Source: Amoebidium appalachense (Eukaryota; Protista; Ichthyosporea). Taken from it: a stretch of DNA of 64,000 bases. The DNA lies in contig CAVNZM010000016.1 in the NCBI GenBank assembly GCA_963693365.1, forward strand, positions 3,623,957-3,687,956, given 5' to 3'. The notes under the pieces are model-generated. The model was not told where the DNA came from, ran no database searches, and saw only the letters and a list, made by a program, of their open reading frames with translations. Made by a program: the position numbers and the translations under genes. Positions 1-17,866 of this stretch are shown here, one piece after another (the stretch's first letter is position 1; each line of letters opens with the position of its first letter).

Positions 1-387
1 ACATCGTCATGACACACCGACTCGCATGCACAAATACTGCAAGCTCATTCAATGCTAAGTACAGATGCACGTCTTTTTTTTCTCTATTTGGAGCGAATAA
101 CTTGATATATGGAGCGCATCTGGATCAGGCCTTTTCTCGCTGTGTACTGCAAACCTGCGCCGCAAATTTCTTGGGTCACAGTAAAATACTTCATTATTGT
201 ATGGCACAAAGTGCCTTGCATTGTTATGCGGGTCTCCTAAATTCTGCACCTCGCTGATTTATTTCCGTTGCTGGTACACACCTCTCTACAATCCAACGCA
301 AACCAGTGATGGCCAAAGAGCATCTAACTCACTCCCCCCTCTCCCCTCCCCCCTCCGCCCCACAGCTCATAGAGACGCACACACACC

Positions 388-419
<32 letters not shown>

Positions 420-530
420 CGCACGCACGCACGCACGCACGCACACACGCACACACGCACACACGCACACACACACACACACACTCTCCTAGCAGTCCTC
501 CTCCATCCCGGCGCACGCGTGCCGCTTCAG

Positions 531-575
531 TGACGTCATCAATCTAAGCGCTGATTGGTTGCGCGCACTTCCGGG
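531..575 (+). promoter_or_regulatory. Candidate promoter: CRE palindrome, reverse CCAAT box and ACTTCCGG motif
   Basis: TGACGTCA (531-538), CTGATTGG (551-558) and ACTTCCGG (568-575) cluster within 45 bp upstream of the first gene. CCAAT-type boxes also occur upstream of other genes (about 9533, 9567, 19657, 38377, 38432, 38807). Motif evidence only. Confidence 0.35.
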
Positions 576-1272
576 ACTCAGCACGAAAAGCTTTTTCTTG
601 TTTTCCCAGGCTCCATTTTCTCGTGTTTTTTCTTGCTCTTTTTTTTTTTTTTTTTTTTTTGGCCCATGTTTTTGACACCCTTGCTTCGCCGCTTCGTCTT
701 TATGGCGCGCAAGCGCTAGACGCTATCGTGGCACTGCGCCTTGGCTTACAACAAAGCAACGCACGGCTCTTAGCTCACTCTTGTGACGTTCTTGTCCAAG
801 TGGTTTGCTTTTTTTGTTTGTTTGTTTCTTTTGTCCCCACCCGTATCTTTGGTTGCCTTGCAATTGGATCGGTTCTATTCATTTTGTATGTTGCCCTGAA
901 GTTCCCCAAATAGAAAAGAAAACCAAATTTGGCCTAACTGTACGTTCATTTCTTTTCACAAGTAGTTTTCGGCTGCCGTGAAGCCAAAACTGTTCGTTTT
1001 CATTTCCGCAACAAAACAACGAATTCTTAATCTCCTACTTCGTGCACTAAGTCTGCCGATAGGGGAATTTTCTTGCTTTTTTTGGCCACACACTGCAACA
1101 AGAATAACAGTGATATTTGCCAGCACAGCCGCAAAACTTTTCTTTTTCTTGTTCGGCGACTGGCCGGCTCGCAAATTCCACACCACCCCAGGAAGAATCT
1201 GGTGATAAAACGCCCCACCAAAACACATCCCATTTTCACCATATTCCACTCCTCAAGCACATCTTTCAAAAA

Positions 1273-1895
1273 ATGGCGACCTTCAATTCCGAACTCACCG
1301 AATCGCCTCTTGGCCGTTTCTATGTTGCCACTCAACCATATATGGCGCTTGCACACGAGCACCTGCCCTTTGCCTGGACGGTGGTCAAGGCGCACCCCGT
1401 GCTCAGCGGGTGCGCCTTAACCTTTGTGGGGGCTATGGTCGTGCCTCTGGTTGTCTTCGCCCTGTTTGCTGCCTGCAGGTATGTCTCCAATGCATTTTTA
1501 ATTGCTCTTCTATTTTTATTATTGTTTTTTTCTTCACATTTTATGTTTTCTTCTTGAGTCCCCCCTTTTCCTGGTTTTTGGTGAAATGGGTTGACTCGGC
1601 GATTTCGTTGAAACAAAGGATGGGTTGGGAACTGTTGGCACGCTCACGAGGTCTAAGAGTCGAAGCTGATTGCTTTGTGGAGGCACGGGTATTCCCCTGA
1701 TGATGGCATCTCTGTTCAAGTGTCTCTTGCCTGCGCATGTGTGACTTTTTTGTTTTGTTTTGTTGTGTTTGTTCTAGTTTTGGTACTTTCATGACGTTTT
1801 TGTTTTGCCTTTTGATGTCTCCCTTACATATCCCCCCCCCCCCCTCTTGCATGTTCGTGAAAAGATTTTTATATTTCTCTCTTCGGAAGTATCAG

Positions 1896-1939
<44 letters not shown>

Positions 1940-2136
1940 TTCACCGTTTAGCTTTCGACCCACACCAACACCATTTGCCAAACGATTGAATGCTAAAGGG
2001 TTGAAGTGGAAGGGTGGAGGAAATGAATGATGTGTCGTTGGTTCATTATGTGGTAAAATGTTTTTTATTTTTTAATTTAATTTTATTTTATTTATTTTTT
2101 GTGGGGGGGGGAGGGGAGGGGGGTGGGGGTGATGTT

Positions 2137-2170
<34 letters not shown>

Positions 2171-2266
2171 TGTTGCTATGTTAATGTTGTCTCTCTTTCT
2201 CTTTTTCTGGCTTTTTAGCAAACCGTTTTGGAATGGGGGAGAGGTTTGTGATTTTTTTTTATTTTT

Positions 2267-2298
<32 letters not shown>

Positions 2299-2562
2299 GG
2301 GCTATGCAAGACAGCTGTTTGAGTTTCACCATTTTTCTGCTTTTTTGCATTCACAAATGAAGGTCGTAAAGATCACTTGTCGATTTTGCGGGGACCCCCC
2401 CCCCCCCCCCCTCCCCCCACCAAAATTTCTGCCTGGAATATATGCGCCCCTGCTAATTGTGCACGTGTGGATGGCTACTAAACCTCATCCCCCCTCCCCC
2501 CCCCCACACACACACCCTCTTTTTTTCCATCACAAAAATATACACATACGCGCACGAGTGCG

Positions 2563-2614
<52 letters not shown>

Positions 2615-2656
2615 TACACGCGCGCGAGTGCGCACCTAGACACACACACACACACG

Positions 2657-2709
<53 letters not shown>

Positions 2710-3472
2710 TATCTTCTCCCCCCCCACACCCACCAACCCCCCGGGCACACACACACACACGCACACACACACATAAACACACAGCGTCAGTGTCACCCTT
2801 ACGTTCTCCCTCGCCGCTTTTGTCATTGTCGAGGGCAGCATCCTCGCAACCGGGCTCTGTATGCTCTTTGGAGGAATTCTGTTCGCTGGCGGGATCGCGG
2901 TTGCAATCAGTATCGGTCTGTTGCTCACCGCTCTATATGTAAAGGGTCTCTTCGTTGCCGGACAGTTGGTTATTGTAAGCTACAACACTCTTATCGCGCT
3001 CTCAGAGACGCCGATTTCTGTTGCGGAAAACGGGGGCAGCAAGAATGGGAAGGGAGAGAACGGGTCGTCGAAAAAGGAAAATTCCACATTGATGAAGAAT
3101 TCGGACGGCGCTGGCCGGCAAACCCGGTCCGTGACTTTTAACGAACAGGTTGACTCGTGCCTTATCTCTACCATCGACGAGTCGTGGAAGAACCTCGGGA
3201 GTCTTGATAAGGCGGCTAATGTTAGTCAGGAGATCGCGAACGAGGGAGGGGATTTCTGTGTTAAGAATGGGTGTGCGTGTGGGAACGGTGGGGAGGAAGG
3301 GGGGGAGGAGGAGGGCGAGAAGCAGGTGGGTATGGTGGGGGGAGGGGAGGGGATGAAGGGGGGGATGTGGGTCTCGGAGGAGGGGAAGGTGGTGGGGTTG
3401 GGGTTGAATGCGAAGGAGATTGGAATTGATGCGATGGTGGCGGTGACAAATGAGGCTGGGACTGGGGCATGA
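1273..3472 (+). CDS. LDAF1: Promethin / lipid droplet assembly factor 1 (TMEM159)-like membrane protein, 2 exons
   Basis: Exons 1273-1478 and 2785-3472 join in phase across a GT-AG intron, giving MATFNSE...[63 protein letters not shown]. The HP..L...VP..F....EG hydrophobic pattern resembles promethin. Low-complexity C-terminal tail. Confidence 0.7.
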
Positions 3473-4250
3473 ACGAGTTTTCCCCCCTTACTATGTTGTG
3501 TTACGTTAACTTGGGGAGGTGTATGGTGCGTTGCCTTTTCCTCGTCTTTCGTCGTCTTCTACTTCTTCCCGCATCTTTTTCTTTCTTTTTTTTTTTTTTG
3601 TAAGGGGGTGGGTGGGTTTGTGTGTGTGTGTGTGTTGGGGGGGGGGGGGGGGGGGGGGTAGATCCTGAGCAAGGGTCTCAGTTTTGATGTTTTGCTTTTG
3701 ATTTTCTGAAAGTGGATTGTCGGTGAAATGCGGGTTTTTGGCGTACGGGGAAGGGGTTGGCTCCCAGAGGTTTTCCAAATTAACGGTTATTGTGAACGAA
3801 ATTCTACCTTCTCTTTACGGGCCCATAAGTCTTGTTGTTACTGTTGGGTAGGGGAAGGGAAAGATGCATATATATGTGGCCTCATTTATGTTTACGCGGA
3901 AGGGGGGGAAAACGCGAAAATGGTCTACGGAAATTTGTGATGTATACGAGCTGCCCCCCACCATTGAAAATTGAAGCTTTTTCGATTTGCACGATTTGCA
4001 CGTCAAAAATACGTGTTGTGTTTTAAGTACAGGTGTATATAGACAATGTGAAATTTTGCAAATAATATGACAATCTCCTGCTGTTTTGTCTTTTTTTCAA
4101 CCACTGATGTGTACATACATTCTTTTGATATGAAGACCCCGGGTTGGGTCCAAACATATAAATTTGAAAGTGCTATCAAATTGAAGTTTGTGGACGGGAT
4201 TATATATGCATCATTCCTCGGCCACATGGAAGGAAAAGGCTCCGACCGGG

Positions 4251-4293
<43 letters not shown>

Positions 4294-4536
4294 ACCACCA
4301 CCACCACCAACACCACCACCACACTGCGCACGGAGGATCGCCATATAGGCTCTCTCTGCTTACGCTGCATATACTGCGCGTTATGTTGATGTTAACGTTA
4401 GCGTGGCATACTTAAAAGTTTGCCATGATCATGCATTTACATGTGATTGTGTCTTGCACTGTTTTCCTAGGATCCTCGTGTACTCCTGCTTCATACGTGT
4501 TCAGGATGCTAAGCACCTCTTCCCCCTCTCTCGAGA

Positions 4537-4595
<59 letters not shown>

Positions 4596-4640
4596 CTACA
4601 CACACATGCGCGCGCACGCATACACACACACAAATGCGCG

Positions 4641-4700
<60 letters not shown>

Positions 4701-5199
4701 AACACACACAATGTAATCACATCTAGTAAAAATATTGGTAACACATGTGCATGTCTGATTATGGACCTGTCCATGTGTGCGTATATGTGTACATACAAGC
4801 GCTGTCACAAGATCTCTGTGTGTTGACTGCAGGCACCTTTTGAAATTTTATTGGCAATAATCACAGGAACTATATTAAGTATCCTGTCTTATGAAACTGC
4901 CTAATATGATCTCAATGCTAACCTATTAATATGTCATTTATTGGTAATTTTTTCTGGTGTGTTCTGCAATTCTTATGTACCCCAATACTGAAACGATCAT
5001 TCTACAGAGGGGCCCTTAAGCATATATCGGAAATGCAAGCACAAATCACGTGACATTGCATATGAACGCCATGCATACTCTTACTCTACATGAACATTGG
5101 ATTGAACATCTATACACCTAACTCGGTGTCCACGTATCAATAATGCAAGTCGCCAAATCAAGCCATTCACACATGTATACTACATGCTTTTATAACGTT

Positions 5200-6783
5200 T
5201 ACCATTCCTACCACACAACCCACCCTCTCACGCGTACCCCGTCCGCACCAATACACCCTTAAGTACCTCCTCACTCACCCCACTCAAATTGCTCAACTCT
5301 ACGCGCCTTACTTAACCCCTCGCACCCACTCAACACTCCAATCTCCACGTCATCAAGCGCAGGGCACGAATACGCGCGGAAAAACCTCAAATTTCAGCTT
5401 TTTGCAATCGCAGATAGATCGCCAATTTTAGCGCATCTCTCCAACACCAGCCATCGGCATTCCGGCAGACCCACCTCCCCCCTCGTTAACCTCTGTATTC
5501 TCCGGCATTCGATTACCCTTAATCTCTCGATCCGATTTTCATGCCCCACACGTATTGCGCTCACGTTCACCGATTCCAGCGTCAGGTCGGCGAGCGATAC
5601 GAATGGCGAAAAGTCAGGCTCGCTCCCAAACGTAATCGACCTGAGAACGAGTTTCTTTAACATACCGGCACCCGTTTAAAGGCGTCAAATCGGGTAACGC
5701 GGTGGTGTACTTATCCAGAATGAACCAGAACTCCGTCCCGCGCAACTCGAGCCTCCGACACGATGCAAGGGGCGGTATGTTCGGTTGGGAGCCCAAAACC
5801 ACCGTCAGATCGCACAGGGAAGTGAGAAAAGTTAACCCCGAAAGGTCTTCCAACGTAGACTCTATACTCAGCGCCGAAAGAATCGGGAATGTGGGTAAGC
5901 CCTGAATAGTGGAAGGGTGGCGCTGTTCAGGAAGAAGAGTGCAGGAAGTGATTTCGCACTATTCCAGAAGATTCTCGAGCGCGGCGACGTCCGTCTGACC
6001 AATGGGAACGCGTAGGACGACGCAGCGAAGCGATTGGTGGTTGGTCGCCATGGCGAGCATGTTTGCCGACGTGAAACGGATTTCCGACACCGTTTTTATT
6101 GGGGCACAAACACCGGAATTTTGGCCGTTTTCCGGTGATATACGTAGGTTGACCGGCACGTCCGTGTACTTCTTCGACGTGCGGGAGTTTTGTCAAGACG
6201 TCGCCATAAAGTATGTCCGTGAAGATCCCCATGCCGAAAATAGTAACCCGGCGTATCTTCCGGCCCTGGGATAGCGCATCAATAACGGTCTGAGCCGCGC
6301 GACACCCATCCCTAATGACCATGTTTGGCGGTGCGCTGTGCACCGGCCCAACCTGATTCGCCGCCGCGTTTTCGGTTTCCGAGTGTAAATATACCGGATT
6401 ATTAGGGAGGTTGTGCTGGTGAAACCGCTTGCGTATTCCTTGATTTGGGCATGCGTGTGGTTCGCTGGCATTCCAAATGTTTCTTCCATAAGGATCCGCA
6501 CATCCACGACCACCGTTCCCACGCTTGCTTTCCATATATGGTAACCCGATGCGCTCGTGTCCATACCATATTTGGCGTGTGGAATGCTGGTCTGGTGGTG
6601 CCCGGTCTCCGGGCAGCGAACCAGAGCGTGAAAATGTCGACACGTGCGGGAAAGGGAAACCCTCGATGATTGGCTGAGGCGGTTGGTGATGCGGAGCTGC
6701 AGCTCAATCGGAAGGTGGAGGATGAGGCACGTGACTTGCACTCCATCATCACGTGACGAGGAATCATTTGATTGGTCATCTTC
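5200..6783 (-). pseudogene. F-box + LRR-like gene with several frameshifts and stops (pseudogene or poorly polished sequence)
   Basis: After an acceptor at 6784-6785 comes the F-box ILHLPIELQLRITNRLSQSSRVSLSRTCRHFHALV. LRR-like segments (LTSLCDLTV, LKKLVLRSI, LADLTLESV, IERLRVIEC, CRWLVLERC) are spread over ORFs 6193-7008, 5927-6643, 5959-6159, 5614-5853 and 5394-5663. A possible upstream exon ends at 7579 (VLCELCYRQ|gt). The 3' boundary is approximate. Confidence 0.6.
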
Positions 6784-6898
6784 CTGTGTGGTGTGAGAGA
6801 TGTTATTGGTATTTAGATGAAGAATTTTTTGGGAGGCTGAGCATGGAGGGACAGGAACCAGGGGGGAAAGAGGGGAGGTGGGTTTTTTTTTTTTTTTT

Positions 6899-6929
<31 letters not shown>

Positions 6930-8109
6930 GGGAGGAGGAGGGTGAGAAAGGAGAATCCGTATTACAGGCAGCCTCACTTGCTTCTCTCTCTCTCTGTGCC
7001 CCACTCACTCTCTCCTGCCCCCCTCCCTCCCTCTGTTCTCCCCTCCCTCCCGTACATCTCTACCTCCCTCCCTGAGCCACTCCCCTCATCCCTCTCTCTC
7101 CCCCTTCCCCTCCCCCTCCCCCCCCCCCCCCCCCCCCCTCCCCTCCCCCTCTCCCCTTTTTCTCTCGCTCCCTCAGGTGTGTGTATGTGGGGAGATGGGG
7201 GCGAGGGGGAGGGGAATCGATGTCTCTTGTGAACGTATGTATCCATGAATCGTGCTCTGTGGGCATTTGCTGGTGTTGAATTTTGCAATGGACCACATAC
7301 AAACTGGTCAAACAAGCACAGTAAATAGATCACCCACCTATATATTGCTTCGAAACTTAACAATGCATTCACCTCTTGCAAGTGGCTGTCGGCTATCCCC
7401 CCCCCCCCCCCCCTCTTACCAGGAGGGGGGGGGGGGAGGGGGGGGGCTCCTTGTCACAAACACAAGTTAAAAGAAAATTATCAGCAAAGAAGATAAATTA
7501 TTAGTAAGCAAGATTTAAAAAAGAAAAAGAAAAAAAATACAGAAAACGAAAGAATAGTATACAGCCCTTAGTTCACACCTGCCTGTAGCAGAGCTCACAC
7601 AAGACTCTTTCCTCATTCCCTTTTCGATGCAAACCTTGTATGATTAGGGCTTGGCCTCCTGCCTTCCTCATAAAAACATCATTCGTCTCTCTCTCTCCTT
7701 CTCTCTCTCTTCCCCCCTCCCCCCACCCCCCTCCTCCTCCTCTCCCCCTCCCCACCCCCCCCCCCTCCCTCCCCCTGCCCCCCCCCCCCCCCCCCCCTCC
7801 CCCCCCCCCCCCCCCCTCTCTGTCTCTCTCTCCCTCCCTCCCTTCCCCTCTGTTTTCTCTCTGCCCTCCTTCCTTCACTCTCTCTCTCTCTGAATGTCTT
7901 GTCTATTTCTCTCTTCCCTCCACCTGTTCCGCCCTCCACCCACCCCCTCCCTCCCACCACCACACACACCACCACCACCACACACCCCATCCCCCCCCCC
8001 CACCCCCCCACCCACCCACCCCACCCCCCCACCCCCATCCCCTCCCCGATCCCACCACAACCACCATTTGCATCACCACCCAACCGATCTTGCCTTTCCG
8101 ACATACAGG

Positions 8110-8145
<36 letters not shown>

Positions 8146-9077
8146 AACGTACCATTCTTCTCGGCGATGGAGGACAGCATCACAGGCACTGTAACAGCAC
8201 TTATGAAAGTAGCAGGACCCTTACCCACGCAGCACACCTGTTCACATGTGCACGGTAGGAAACGGCCGTTTAGTTGGGAACATGAACTCATTTTGAATTA
8301 CCCTTCACCCATGGCCAAGGATCCAAGGGAACATAGTATAGTTGCTGGACGGAGGAAACCGGCAAAGGGACAGGAGAATCATACACGAAAGAGACGGGCT
8401 TGAGCATGCCGCGGCTGCCACCCGTGGGGGGGGGGGGGGGGGGAGGGGGGGGGGGAAGGGAGAGGGTAGGTGAGAGGGTAGGGCAGTGGGGGGAGGGGAG
8501 GGGGGGGGGGGGGGGGGGGGAGGAAGGGGGAGAAAGGGGGGAAGGGGGGGGGGGGGGGAGGGGGGGTCCAATCCTAGGATGGGTACAGCACACTGATGGC
8601 TGGCGTTTTGGGGAGTTGTCAGTCATGTGTTTGTCCCTGTGTGTGTCATGGTGAGCTACACCATGCAGAATCGTCAACAAAGCCAAAACTACCCACTGAG
8701 ATAGTGGTTGCAATGGGTGGGTGGTTGGGTGGGTGGGTGGGTGAGAGAGGTGCAGTTGGAGGGGGGGGGGGGGAGGGGAGGGTCGGTGGGGTACTGGTGG
8801 GTGATTGGGGGGGAGAGGGAGGGCAAGGGGGGAGTGAGAGGTGACTCAGGTGAGTGGGTGGGAAGGGGTTGTGCAACCGAACACCATCGTAACGGTGCCC
8901 ATGGTGTAAAAAGTCACTCACATGGAATGGGGGACCGAGCAAGAACAAACAAAACGATGGTGTCACTTTGCCATCTCCGTTACTGGTGGAGAGGGGTGCG
9001 GAGGGCTGGAGCGGGGGTAGGGCGAATGGGGGGGTGGAAGTTGTGGATTGTGGATTGGAAGGGGGGGGGAGGGGGGG

Positions 9078-9110
<33 letters not shown>

Positions 9111-9853
9111 TAACCGAGGTATAACGTCCCGTTCCGTGTAGAGATGGGTGCTCGATGTATGTCAAATAGTGCCCAAAAATTCAAGCGAGCTTTCTTTAGT
9201 AAGGCTTTGTGCAGCGCATCACACCATTCAATAAGAAAGAACTGTAAACTGATTATGAAAAAAAGGTTGTAAGACACACTCTTTGTAGCGTGTCAAGTCA
9301 CGGAACACAAGCGCAAGAGGATGGATGTATTGCAAAGGGTTTCTTTCGACTTTGCTCCTCTGTGTAAAACACGTATTTATACAGCTCATGTGTGTATATA
9401 TATATAAGTACTGTATGCACCCTCTTGACGAGTTTATCTGGTTGCAAATGGCATCGAAGTTATGGTCGTGCTGTTGTGGAGAAAACGAGAAAAACGAGAT
9501 TCGGAAGCAAGCAGTTGTTGTTGACATAACGTGATTGGTTCACGCTGCACCAGATGCTCTCTAGTCCAATCATTGTTGAGCGATGCTGCCCGATAAGTCA
9601 GGTGCTGACGCAACCACACAATGCTGCACCCCTTCGAAGAAGAACGAAAGTTCTCTTGATTTTCTTTAACTAAGTTTGTGTTTCTCTCTCACGATAGATG
9701 GCATACTTTCATAACATTTTCCTGTACGCTGCGGGTGTGGTACTTATTATGACAACGAGAAATAGTAAATCGGATGGCTAACAAACATCTAGCCACCACT
9801 TGAGTTAGAAAGCTGGAGGTGTTCAACCATAAGTGAGCGGTCATCCCTGATAG

Positions 9854-15365
<5,512 letters not shown>

Positions 15366-15492
15366 CTCAATTTCAGTGGATTTGTTGGGGGTTTATAGGG
15401 GATAAAGTAGCTTAATTTGGTTGAATTGTTTGGGTTTGGGTATTTTATATGATAAGGTATGGGATTGAGTTGATTTGTTGTGGGGGGGGCGG

Positions 15493-15529
<37 letters not shown>

Positions 15530-16193
15530 GGGGGAGTTAACGGGTGGATGGGTGTTATCTGAGAAGTTGATGTGTTCGACAGGGTTTTTTTACGTGTGTG
15601 TGATGCGATGTGTATTGTATCATCCGTATGAAACAGTTGTTGGTCGTTCATTCACAGGCTCTAGAATGTTACGAAACACTGTAGATAGCACATCTGAATT
15701 GTCGTCGAAATACTTAGGCACACATTTTTCTTTTGTATGTTTTGGTCATGACCACACCGCACCATATCGGGTCTTGCTGCGATCACTAAATGAAATTTGA
15801 ATCTTCCATACATAACTTCACGTGTTGGGGGAGGGTCCAAAAATATATGGAAATTGTCTGATGGTAGCTGTTGCCTAAAGAGATGTAAGGGGATGCAGTG
15901 TTATCTCACTAGTCGTATCTTCATCTGTAATATCTCGGTGATTGAAATTACATAAGATCAGCAAATAAATGTGGTCGAAGTCAGAGCCATGTCTAGTTTA
16001 GAGTAAGTGTTGTGAGGCGGCCTGTGGTCGCTATTAATAAACTATCTTGCCATTGAATGTTTTCAGCTCTCAACAGTGACGTTTTGGACTAGAGGGGAGG
16101 GAGTGGGTGGGGGGGGGGGGGGGGGGGGGGTTGGAGTGGGTTTCAATAATTCGCTTGTAAATTTCTTCGACAAAAGCACCCCCTCCCCCCTAC

Positions 16194-16226
<33 letters not shown>

Positions 16227-16366
16227 CCCCCCTCCCTCCCTCTCTCTCCCCCTCCCCCCTCTCCCCCTCTCTCCCCCTTCCTCCCTCCCTCCCTCCCTCC
16301 CTCCCCCCTCTCTCTCTCCCCTCTCTCTCGCGCTCTCTCTCTCACACACGCACACACACACACACA

Positions 16367-16400
<34 letters not shown>

Positions 16401-17866
16401 TCCTCCCCCCCCCCTCCCCCCCTCCCCCCTCCTCTCTCTTTCTCTCCCTCTCTCAGCTCTCTCTCAGCTTTATCCCCCCCCCCCGGCCCCCTCCTCCCCC
16501 ACTCCCTCCCCTCCTGCTGCGAGTCCTCACGGCCCCTGCCCGGTACGTGCGGCAATTTATTCCAGATCATCGTCACGAGAATGATTTTAGACATCATAGG
16601 GGGTGAATTGAATGAAAGACAAAACCTGGCCTTATAAACAAGGGAACGATCGCGAGGACCGAGCACGCCTGCCAACACATGTACAAACCGTGTACTACCA
16701 CGGACATGTGCATGTGCGTTTCAGCCAGAACCATACACAAGCAATGCGCGTGCGGAAGAAAATGTCGTTATCCAAGCGTATACATAACCGTTGTGTGTTA
16801 GTGGGTTAATATTAGTGTACTAAAATCATACTTATGAGTACTTATGATGGAGTCCAACTTTTTTTGTTCTTTTATAAATACCATTTCTTTTGCACGCGAA
16901 AACTTCCCGTCTAAGTTTCCATATTTGGCCAATCAGTCAGAGCGCACACAAATTACTGGTTAACGCAAAAGGGCGGGTGATGTGTGTGTAGATATGTACG
17001 TGCTGCGCGTGGTTTTGGGCCTTAGTATGCAGTAACTGCGTTTTTTTGGATGCACGGGCTTCTTTCGCGTTTAGCATTTGGAGTATGTGTGTGTGTGTTG
17101 GACCCAAGCCTTGGTCGGTGTGGGAACGTGCACAGGCACACGTGCAGCACATACACAATTATGCACATCCATGTGCACATATCAACGACTAAGTTAGTAT
17201 TGCTAAAGTCTCGATGTTAAGTCATGTACTTATAAGTATGATTACATGTACAACACAATTCACAGACCAGCTGTGTGAGATCAAACCGACATTTCTCACT
17301 GATAATGAGTTCCAAGTACATACAAATACAACAAGGTTTGAAACTATGCCCTGTGATCGATGTGTATGCGCATTTAAGTGCAAGTGCGTGCGTTATTATT
17401 AGGATGTGCGTGCGCACGTGTGCGTCTTATATATGGAAGGGTGCACGTGTGTGGCACGTGACGCGAGTTTTAAAGGGCATTTACTACTACAGGTGGGTGT
17501 AATGTCGTAGACACAAGCTTATGTGATAATGTTCTGTTAAATAACATACCGTGCACCCAACTTACCAAGCTGTGGTCTATTCGTCAAACCCAGTCTTTAA
17601 TATGTGCTATTACAAAGCAAATATGACTACAAATACAACACAAACTCATTACTAAGCAATTACTATGCCAGCAACTCAACTCGTGACATTCAGACATTTC
17701 AAAAAGCGAAATGTAAAAGTTAAATTTAAAATCAATGCCACGGAAGAAAAAAAAAACAAAAAAAAACAAAAAAAAACATTTAGTACCAGCAATCTGCACA
17801 TTTCCATTTCGAAAACGAAACTTAAAGTTGACATCAAGCCTTTGGTTACAGTTAAAGTTTTTTTTT

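Noticed and set aside
8167-8403. 78-aa ORF MEDSITGTV... between repeats
   Set aside because: No recognisable motif or consistent splice partners. It may be intronic or upstream sequence of the minus-strand F-box gene.
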